Shown here one piece after another: positions 56,405 through 64,000 of a DNA stretch of 64,000 nucleotides. Source of the stretch: Chloroflexota bacterium (GTDB taxonomy: Bacteria; Chloroflexota; Limnocylindria; Limnocylindrales; CSP1-4); the NCBI GenBank assembly GCA_042408925.1, contig JBHOQO010000012.1, forward strand, positions 106 through 64,105. The letters run 5' to 3'. The notes below the pieces were generated by a model. The model made no database searches and was not told the origin of the DNA. It worked only from the letters and a program-made list of their open reading frames with translations. Numbering within the stretch: the stretch's first letter is position 1; every line of letters starts with the position of its first letter. A program made the translations under genes and the position numbers.

Positions 56405-57237
56405 CGTCGAGGGCTCCGCGGATCGAGGGACCGGGAGGCCGAGCGGCCGACCGGCGGGACTCCGTCCGCGGGCACGGCATCGGGAGCCACGTCGCGTCGA
56501 GGCTACCACCCGGCGGGCGGAAAGGGCAACGGCTGCCGCCGATCCATGGTGGATCCGCGGACCCCGGGACCAGATCGGGGCCGAGGCAGGGCCGCCGCGG
56601 GCGCCTCGCCCCATATCTTGCCCTTGTTCCCGTGAGGCGCGCGCTATCCGCAGCCCGGACGGTCCGGAGGGCCGGTAGCGGCGTCGGCACCGCACGCCCC
56701 ACGCTCGGCGGGCAGGTCGAAGCGGGCGGGCTCGGGGCCGCCCCGGCCGGTTCGCCGGTCGTACGCTCGTGGCACGGTCGTTTGTCCGTGACGGTGCCCC
56801 GGACCGGGGTCGGGACGCCGTCGGTGCCGCCCTCGCCACGCTCGGGCAGCCCTCCATCCGGGTCACCACGGTGCCCAAACCGGCCCCGGACGCCGATCCG
56901 GGCCGCCGAAGGTGCGCCTGATGAGAAGATGTCCAGAATCCGGGGCGAGCGTGGGTGGATGCCGGCCCGGTTCAGTCGTGAGGAGCCTCGCCGTCGGGGG
57001 AATGGCGGTCGGCGTGCCGGGCCTCGGGAGAGCAGCGGCAAGGTCGGACTGCTCCCGGGCGGCACGCGGGCGCGACTCGACGGGGCCGGGGGAGCTGTGC
57101 CGGGGGCCAGTCGCGCTGGCCGACGACCCGCTCCGCCACCGCCGCCCGCGGCCCGGCCCGGAGCCCTACACTCTCCGCGGGCGCCCCGGCGAGCGCCCGA
57201 GCACCCATGAGCACCAGCGACGTCGAGCGGAGGGAGC

Positions 57238-58114
57238 TGTGGAGACCCTGACGATCCGGAGCGACGAGCTCGAGGTCGTCGTACTCCCGGACGCCGGCGC
57301 CCGACTCCATCGCCTCCGCGCCTTCGGAGTCGACCTCCTCCGGACCCCCGCCGACCCGGCGACCCACCGGAGCGACCCCTTCTTCTGGGGCGCCTACGTC
57401 ATGGCCCCCTGGTGCAACCGGATCGCGGCGACGCCGGTCCGGGTCGGGCGCCGAACCGTCGCGCTGCCGGCGAACTTCCCCGACGGAACCGCGATCCACG
57501 GGCAGCTCGCCCTCGCCCGGTGGACCGTCGACGGCGAGGGTCGCCTTCGGGTTCGGGGTGGCGGCGACGCCTGGCCGTGGCCGTACGAGGCCCGCCTCGC
57601 CGTCGGCGTCGACGGCCCCGTCCTGCGCCTCCGGCTCGAGCTGACGAACCTCGCCGACGAGCCGATGCCCGCGGGCCTCGGCCTTCACCCCTGGTTCGTC
57701 GAGCCCGTCCGCCTGGCGATCCGTGCCGACGCCGTCTATCCCGACAACCTCGGGCCGCCCGGTCCGCCCGAGCCGGTCGCCGGCGTCTTCGATCGCCGTG
57801 AGCTCGGCGAGCTCGCCCCGGGGCTCGACGCGGCCTGGACCGCCCTCGCCGAACCGGCGGTCGAGTTCGTCTGGCCCGAGGCCGGCCTCCGGGCAACCCT
57901 CGCCACCGAGGGGACCGCCCGCTGCATCGTCGCGGCGCGGCTGCCCTCGATCCCGGCCGTCGCCGTCGAGCCCGAGACCCATGCCCCGCAGGGACTCCGG
58001 CGCCTCCTCGAGGGGCTTCCGGATCCGCTCGCCCTCCTCGGCCCGGGGGAGCAGCTTCGCCTCGACGTCGTCCTCTCCGTGGCCCGATCGGAGGCGCCCG
58101 CCGACGGCCGGTGA
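57238..58114 (+). CDS. aldose 1-epimerase (mutarotase)-family protein
   Basis: GTG after GGAGGGAG; galactose-mutarotase-like motifs ([39 protein letters not shown]); upstream of xylA. Confidence 0.6.
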
Positions 58115-58221
58115 ACCTCGCCGGCTCCCGGACCCGAGACGGCCGCCCGCTCGTATGTGATACTTCTTCACAAACCACCGTCGAAACCATTCCGGAGTCG
58201 ATCGAGGACGAGGGTCGAGCG

Positions 58222-59577
58222 ATGGCAACCACATTCTTCACCGACGTCGAGGAGCCGATCCGCTTCGGCGGTCTCGAATCCGAGGATCCCCTCACGTACA
58301 AGGTCTACGAGCCGGACCGCCTCGTCCTCGGCAAGCGGATGGAGGACCACCTCCGGATCGCCGTCTGTCTGTGGCATTCGTTCAACTGGCCGGGCTCGGA
58401 CGTCTTCGGGGCCGGGACCTTCGACCGGCCCTGGCTCGACCCCCGGGCCGAGCCGATGGCGGCCGCCCGGGCCAAGGTCGACGCCGCCTTCGAGTTCCTC
58501 GCCAAGCTCGGCGTCCCCTTCTTCACCTTCCACGACCGCGATGTGGCCCCCGAGGGACGGACGTTCGCCGAGACGAAGAAGAACCTCGAGACCGTCGTCG
58601 GCTGGATCGAGGAGGCGATGGCGCGGACCGGGGTCAGGCTCCTCTGGGGGACGGCGAACCTCTTCTCCCATCCCCGCTACGCCGCCGGAGCGGCGACGAA
58701 CCCCGACCCCGAGGTCTTCGCCTATGCGGCCGCCCAGGTGAAGTGCATGCTCGAGGCGACCCACCGCCTCGGCGGGGCAAACTACGTCCTCTGGGGCGGC
58801 CGGGAAGGCTACGAGACGCTCCTCAACACCGACCTCGCCAGAGAAGACGCTCAGCTCGCCCGGTTCCTGACCCTCGTCGCCGAGCACAAGCACAAGATCG
58901 GCTTCAAGGGCACCCTCCTCATCGAGCCGAAGCCCCAGGAGCCGACGAAGCACCAGTACGACTACGACGCGGCGACCGTCCACGGCTTCCTCGTCCGCCA
59001 CGGCCTCGCCGACGAGTACCGGCTCAACATCGAGGTGAACCACGCGACGCTCGCCGGCCACAGCTTCCACCACGAGGTCGCCTACGCCGACGCCCACGGG
59101 ATCTTCGGGAGCATCGACTCGAACCGGGGCGACCCCCAGAACGGCTGGGACACGGACCAGTTCCCGAACTCGGTCGAGGAGCTCGCCCTCGCCCTCCACG
59201 AGATCCTCAAGGGCGGCGGCTTCACGACCGGCGGCTTCAACTTCGACGCCAAGCTCCGCCGCCAGAGCGTCGACCGGACCGACCTCTTCCACGGCCACAT
59301 CGGCGGGATCGACACCCTGGCCCGGGCGCTCCTCGTCGCCGCGGACATGCTCGAGCGGGGCACCCTCGAGAACGCCCGGGCCGAGCGCTACGCCGGTTGG
59401 AGCGGGGAGCTCGGTCGCTCGATTCTCGGGGGCGACCGATCCCTGGCCGACCTCGAGGCCCTCGTCGCCGCCGGCGGGATCGACCCCCGGCCGCGCTCGG
59501 GTCGCCAGGAGCTCCTCGAGAACCGGGTGAACCAGCGGATCTGGGCGATCGACGCCCGCGACGGCCGGGCGAGCTGA
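58222..59577 (+). CDS. xylA: xylose isomerase
   Basis: class II XylA signatures ([44 protein letters not shown], metal ligands). Confidence 0.95.
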   Translation: MATTFFTDVEEPIRFGGLESEDPLTYKVYEPDRLVLGKRMEDHLRIAVCLWHSFNWPGSDVFGAGTFDRPWLDPRAEPMAAARAKVDAAFEFLAKLGVPFFTFHDRDVAPEGRTFAETKKNLETVVGWIEEAMARTGVRLLWGTANLFSHPRYAAGAATNPDPEVFAYAAAQVKCMLEATHRLGGANYVLWGGREGYETLLNTDLAREDAQLARFLTLVAEHKHKIGFKGTLLIEPKPQEPTKHQYDYDAATVHGFLVRHGLADEYRLNIEVNHATLAGHSFHHEVAYADAHGIFGSIDSNRGDPQNGWDTDQFPNSVEELALALHEILKGGGFTTGGFNFDAKLRRQSVDRTDLFHGHIGGIDTLARALLVAADMLERGTLENARAERYAGWSGELGRSILGGDRSLADLEALVAAGGIDPRPRSGRQELLENRVNQRIWAIDARDGRAS

Positions 59578-59645
59578 CGACGGGCGCCGCGGATCCTGGG
59601 TCGGCGGCCGCCCTCGAGGGCGAGCGATCGGAGGAGGTCGGTTCG

Positions 59646-61139
59646 ATGCGGGTCGTCATCGGCATCGACGTCTCGACGACGGCGACGAAGGCCGTCGTCG
59701 TCGACGAGGACGGGGCGGTTCGGGGGATCGGTGCCGCCGAGTACGGCTTCGAGACGCCGCGGCCGCTCTGGAGCGAACAGGACCCGGCGCTCTGGTGGTC
59801 GGCGGCGCAGGAGGCGATCCCGGCCGCCCTCGCCGCAGCCGGCGTCCCTGCCTCGGCCGTGGCGGCCGTCGGCCTGACCGGGCAGATGCACGGCGCCGTC
59901 CTCCTCGACGCCTCGGGCGCCGTCCTGCGGCCGGCGATCCTCTGGAACGATCAGCGGACCGCGGCCGAGTGCGACGAGATCCGGGCCCGGATCGGGATGG
60001 AGCGGCTCGTCGCGATCACCGGCAACGACGCCCTCACCGGCTTCACGGCCCCGAAGCTCCTCTGGGTCCAGCGACACGAGCCCGAGATCTGGCGGCGGGT
60101 CCGGCGGATCCTCCTCCCGAAGGACTACGTCCGCTTCCGGCTGACCGATGCCGCCGCCGTCGACAAGGCCGACGGGGCCGGGACCCTCCTCTTCGACCTC
60201 CGGGCCCGGGACTGGTCGGCGGAGATCGTCGCCGCCCTGGAGATCGATCCGGCCTCGCTGCCGCGGACCTTCGAGGGGCCGGAGATCACCGGAGCCGTGA
60301 CGGCCGCGGCAGCGGAGGCGACGGGACTCGCCCCGGGGACGCCGGTCGTGGCCGGCGGCGGCGACCAGTCGGCCGCGGCCGTCGGGGTCGGGGCGACGGC
60401 GCCCGGGACGATGGCCGTCTCGCTCGGGACGAGCGGCGTCGTCTTCGCCCCGACCGACGCGCCGCTCGTCGAGGCGCGCGGCCGCGTCCACGCCTTCTGC
60501 CACGCCGTCCCGGGCCGCTGGCACCTCATGGCCGTCATGCTCTCGGCGGCCGGGAGCCTCCGCTGGTTCCGCGACACCCTCGCCCCGGGCGTCGACTACC
60601 CGACCCTCGTCGAGGCCGCGGCGGCGGTGCCGGCCGGAAGCGAGGGCTGCTTCTTCCAGCCGTACCTGACCGGCGAGCGGACGCCCCACGCCGACCCGCT
60701 CGCCCGCGGGGCCTTCGTCGGCCTCACCGTCCGCCACGACCGACGCCACCTCGTCCGGGCGATCCTCGAGGGGGTGGCGTACGGGCTCCGGGACGGCCTC
60801 GAGCTCATGCGGACTGCGGGGATCGCGGCGCCCGCGCAGGTCCGGATCACCGGCGGCGGATCGGCGAGCCCGCTCTGGCGTCAGATCGTCGCCGACGTCC
60901 TCGGCGTCGAGGTCGCGACGGTGACGACGACGGAGGGAGCGGCGTACGGGGCGGCCCTCCTCGCCGCCGTCGGGGCGGGCTGGTTCGGGAGCGTCGACGA
61001 GGCCGCGGCCGCCTTCGTCCGGGCAACGCCCGTCGCCGCCCCGGGACCCGACGCGGCGACCTATGCCGAGGCGTACGCGCGGCACCGGACCCTCTACCCG
61101 GCCCTCGCCCCCCTCTACCACACCCTGGCGCCGGCCTAG
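59646..61139 (+). CDS. xylB: xylulokinase
   Basis: FGGY kinase N- and C-domains (IGIDVSTTATKAVVVDEDG.., GGGDQSAAAVGVG, ITGGGSASPLWRQIVADVLG). Confidence 0.9.
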   Translation: MRVVIGIDVSTTATKAVVVDEDGAVRGIGAAEYGFETPRPLWSEQDPALWWSAAQEAIPAALAAAGVPASAVAAVGLTGQMHGAVLLDASGAVLRPAILWNDQRTAAECDEIRARIGMERLVAITGNDALTGFTAPKLLWVQRHEPEIWRRVRRILLPKDYVRFRLTDAAAVDKADGAGTLLFDLRARDWSAEIVAALEIDPASLPRTFEGPEITGAVTAAAAEATGLAPGTPVVAGGGDQSAAAVGVGATAPGTMAVSLGTSGVVFAPTDAPLVEARGRVHAFCHAVPGRWHLMAVMLSAAGSLRWFRDTLAPGVDYPTLVEAAAAVPAGSEGCFFQPYLTGERTPHADPLARGAFVGLTVRHDRRHLVRAILEGVAYGLRDGLELMRTAGIAAPAQVRITGGGSASPLWRQIVADVLGVEVATVTTTEGAAYGAALLAAVGAGWFGSVDEAAAAFVRATPVAAPGPDAATYAEAYARHRTLYPALAPLYHTLAPA

Positions 61140-61149
61140 CCCGCCGGTC

Positions 61150-61935
61150 CTACTTGGCGGCGGCGAGCTCCTCCGGGGCCGCCTCGCCGGGCCGCCGCCC
61201 GGCGATGATCATCGCCAGGATGTCGTCGGTCGTGACCTCGCCCCGCTTCACCGTCTCGACGATCCGACCCTGGTACATGACGCTGATCCGGTCGGAGAGG
61301 TCGTAGACGTCGTGGATGTCGTGGCTGATGAGGAAGATCCCGATCCCCTCCTCCTTGAGCTGGCGGATGAGGGCGTGGACCTGGGCCGTCTCGGCCGGAC
61401 CGAGGGCGGCGGTCGGCTCGTCCATGATGAGGATCTTGGCGTTGAAGTAGACGGCCCGGGCGATGGCGATGGACTGCCGCTGGCCGCCGGAGAGGCTGAC
61501 GACTGGTTGCTTGAAGCGGGTGAAGTTCGGGTTGAGCCGAGCCATGACCTTGCGGGTCTCCGACTCCATCGCCGAGTCGTCCAGCTCGCCGAAGAGGGTC
61601 GTCCGCTCGCGCCCGAGGAAGACGTTCGCCGGAGCATCGAGGTTGTCGGCGAGGGCGAGGTGCTGGTAGATCGTCTCGATCCCATACAGCTTGGCGTCGC
61701 GGGGGTTCCGGATCGTGACCGGCCGGCCCTCGATGAGGATCTCGCCGCTGTCGGCCGGATGGGCCCCGGAGAGGGCCCGCATGAGCGTCGTCTTGCCGGC
61801 GCCGTTGTGGCCGACGAGCCCGACGACCTCGCCCCGGTGGAGGTCGATCGAGGCGTCCCGGACGGCGTGGACGCCGCCGAACGAGACGTTGATGTGTCGC
61901 ATCTCGACGAGCGGGGTGACCGCATCGCCCGTCAT
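61150..61935 (-). CDS. sugar ABC transporter ATP-binding protein (single NBD)
   Basis: Walker [10 protein letters not shown], signature LSGGQRQ, Walker [12 protein letters not shown]; ATG at 61935. Confidence 0.85.
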   Translation of the reverse strand: MTGDAVTPLVEMRHINVSFGGVHAVRDASIDLHRGEVVGLVGHNGAGKTTLMRALSGAHPADSGEILIEGRPVTIRNPRDAKLYGIETIYQHLALADNLDAPANVFLGRERTTLFGELDDSAMESETRKVMARLNPNFTRFKQPVVSLSGGQRQSIAIARAVYFNAKILIMDEPTAALGPAETAQVHALIRQLKEEGIGIFLISHDIHDVYDLSDRISVMYQGRIVETVKRGEVTTDDILAMIIAGRRPGEAAPEELAAAK

Positions 61936-61988
61936 CTCACGTGCCTCCTCTCGCCTGAGGGGTGTCGACCGTCCATCATCCGCCGCCG

Positions 61989-63311
61989 TCACGTGCCGCG
62001 CCGGCGGTTCCAGCTGTCGAAGGCGACGGCGAGGACGAGGACGATCCCCGCCGCGACGTTCTGGCCCGGCGAGTTCACGCCGAGGAAGGCCAGGCCGTAG
62101 GCGAGCGACTGCATGACGAAGGCGCCGAGGACCGCCCCCGGGATCGTCCCGATCCCGCCGGCGAACGAGGTCCCGCCGACGACGGCGGCGGCGATGACGT
62201 AGAGCTCGTAGCTCTCGCCGACGTCGAGGGTCGCCGCGTTCAGGCGCCCGACGGCAACCGCCGCCGAGAGGGAGGCAAGGATCCCCATGAGGATGAACGT
62301 CTTCATGATCGTCCAGCGGGTGTTGATGCCGGCGAGCTCGGCGGCCTCCGGGTTCCCGCCGTAGGCGTAGACGTTGCGACCGAAGCGCCGACGCTTGGCG
62401 ATCCAGGTCATGACGATCGTGACGCCGATGAGGAGGACGATTGGGTACGGCAGGCCCATCGGGATCTGGAGCCCGCCCGGCGGCTCGGTGATGCCGTGCT
62501 GTCGGGCGTACTCGCTCGCCAGCGCCGGGGGCAGGTAGTTCATGTTCGCGAAGGCGGCGAGGCCCAGGATGATGAGGGAGCCGACGACGGCGAGGAGGAC
62601 CTCGGCCCACATGGGTCGGACCGGGAAGCCGTAGCGCCGCCGTTGTCGCCGCCCGGTCACGAGCAGGAAGACGAGCCCGATGCAGCCGAGGACCCCGATC
62701 GCCCAGGTCAGCTCGCCACCGATCGACCCGCGGGGGCCGCCGCCGAAGAGCTGGAACGTGGGATCGAGGCCGGTGACCGCGGCTCCGTTGCTCAGGTACC
62801 AGACGGCGCCCCGGATCGAGAGGAGGCCGCCCAGGGTGACGACGAAGGACGGCACCCTGCCGTAGGCGATGATGAAGCCTTGGAGGGCGCCGAACCCGGC
62901 CCCGATGGCGATCCCGATGGCGAGGGCGATCGCCCACCGGAACGGGAAGTCCGGACCGAGCCCCACGACCCTCGGCAGCCAATCGGTCATGAGCAGGGCG
63001 TAGCTCATGGCGACGAAGCCGGTCAGCGAGCCGACCGAGAGGTCGATCTGGCGAGCGACGATCACGAGGACCATGCCGGTCGAGAGGATCGCCACCGTCG
63101 TCGCCTGGACGGCGAGGGTGACCATGTTGACCGGCTGGAGGAACTTGCCGCCGCTCAGGACGTTGAAGGCGAGCAGGATGACCGCCAGAGCGACGAGCAT
63201 CCCGAAGAGGCGGAGATCGATCTCCGTCGCTGCGACGAGGCGGCGCAGCGACGCCAGGGGCGACTGCTCCGTCGTCGATGGGGCCTTGGCCGTGTCGGCC
63301 AGCTGGGTCAC
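61989..63311 (-). CDS. sugar ABC transporter permease (XylH/FrcC-like, BPD_transp_2 family)
   Basis: 10-12 TM, conserved permease motifs (IDLSVGS.., [20 protein letters not shown]). Confidence 0.85.
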   Translation of the reverse strand: MTQLADTAKAPSTTEQSPLASLRRLVAATEIDLRLFGMLVALAVILLAFNVLSGGKFLQPVNMVTLAVQATTVAILSTGMVLVIVARQIDLSVGSLTGFVAMSYALLMTDWLPRVVGLGPDFPFRWAIALAIGIAIGAGFGALQGFIIAYGRVPSFVVTLGGLLSIRGAVWYLSNGAAVTGLDPTFQLFGGGPRGSIGGELTWAIGVLGCIGLVFLLVTGRRQRRRYGFPVRPMWAEVLLAVVGSLIILGLAAFANMNYLPPALASEYARQHGITEPPGGLQIPMGLPYPIVLLIGVTIVMTWIAKRRRFGRNVYAYGGNPEAAELAGINTRWTIMKTFILMGILASLSAAVAVGRLNAATLDVGESYELYVIAAAVVGGTSFAGGIGTIPGAVLGAFVMQSLAYGLAFLGVNSPGQNVAAGIVLVLAVAFDSWNRRRGT

Positions 63312-63406
63312 GGTCGCCCTCCTGAACGCTGTCAGGACTGTGCCCCGGTCGCTGCGCCCCCGGGCAGCCCGGGGGCGCAGGTCGACCGAATCCTATCGCG
63401 AGGACG

Positions 63407-64000
63407 CTAGAGTCCGCAGGCCTTGGCGCCGGGATCGGACGCCGTGACGCCCTTGCAGATGTCGTCCTTCGTCGCGTACCAGCCGGCCGAGATCACTTTG
63501 TCGAGGGTCTCGGCGGTGATCGGCGTCGGCTGGAGGATGAACGCCTTGACGGTGTTGCCGCCGGGCGTCTGGAAGTCGATCGGCTTGTTCCCCTCGGTCG
63601 GGGCGACCGACGGGTCGATGTTGATCGTGATGTCCGCCATGGCCGTGCCCTGGCAGAGGGCGAGCGCAGCCTGGCCGGCGGCCTTGCCGAGCTCGTTGCT
63701 GTTCTTCCAGACGTCGACGTACTGCTTCCCGAGGGCGACGTTGTTGAGGTTCGCCGGATCGCCGTCCTGGCCGGACAGCGGGACGAAGGGATGACCCTTG
63801 GCGGTCTCGGCCGCCACGACGCCGAGCGCCGTGCTGTCGTTCTCGGCGAGGATGGCGTCGATGGTGTTCCCGTCGGCGCGGGCCTTGTCGATGATCGCCT
63901 CCATGTTCGCCTGGGCCTTGCTGGTGTCCCAGGCGTCGGTGAAGGTGCCGTAGTCCTGCGGCCAGTTCGTGCCGGTCGAGTTGAGGACCTTGATGTCGCC
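63407..64000 (-). CDS. sugar ABC transporter periplasmic substrate-binding protein (3' part; gene continues beyond window end)
   Basis: PBP type-I sugar-binding-like sequence; reading frame open to position 64000 on minus strand. Confidence 0.75.
   Translation of the reverse strand, partial: GDIKVLNSTGTNWPQDYGTFTDAWDTSKAQANMEAIIDKARADGNTIDAILAENDSTALGVVAAETAKGHPFVPLSGQDGDPANLNNVALGKQYVDVWKNSNELGKAAGQAALALCQGTAMADITINIDPSVAPTEGNKPIDFQTPGGNTVKAFILQPTPITAETLDKVISAGWYATKDDICKGVTASDPGAKACGL

Noticed and set aside
1-64000. CRISPR arrays, IS elements/transposases, integrases, phage genes
   Set aside because: No regularly spaced direct repeats were found. No transposase or integrase-like ORFs were found. 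The only repeats seen are short in-gene tandem codon repeats and terminator hairpins.

Overview
This is a high-GC (about 70%+) bacterial chromosomal segment. About 40 kb of it is a near-complete flagellar regulon arranged much like the Bacillus fla/che layout. Genes present, in order: flbD-motAB-fliLMN(Y)OPQR-flhBA-fliA-flgG-flgM-flgN-flgK-flgL-fliW-csrA, then hag-fliS-fliD, flaG, and flgC-fliE-fliFGHIJ-(M23/SLT hydrolase)-flgB-fliK-flgD-flgE. No chemotaxis (che) genes and no flhF/flhG are seen. The flanks are housekeeping or metabolic: a partial jag/khpB gene, a VanW-like gene, an MFS transporter gene, ctaCDE cytochrome oxidase, ssrA (tmRNA)-smpB, ctpA, ftsEX and xylose-utilisation genes (xylAB plus a sugar ABC importer). 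The most unusual part is a four-gene minus-strand operon directly upstream of, and divergent from, the flagellin gene. Its genes are linked by ATGA overlaps. They encode a plant-type reversibly-glycosylated-polypeptide (RGP) / UDP-arabinopyranose-mutase (GT75) homologue, a GT-B-like protein, a bidomain GT4+GT2 glycosyltransferase and a methyltransferase. This looks like a flagellin glycosylation island that uses an arabinofuranose-type donor. Other oddities: fliP carries an in-frame TGA; flgB is displaced downstream of fliJ; a cytoplasmic Cys-rich two-component system is embedded in the flagellar locus; CoxB is fused to a blue-copper domain; a tmRNA was found directly in the sequence; and the hag leader carries tandem sigma-28-like boxes and GGA motifs. 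Many long reverse-frame ORFs in the track are GC-driven artefacts and were ignored.
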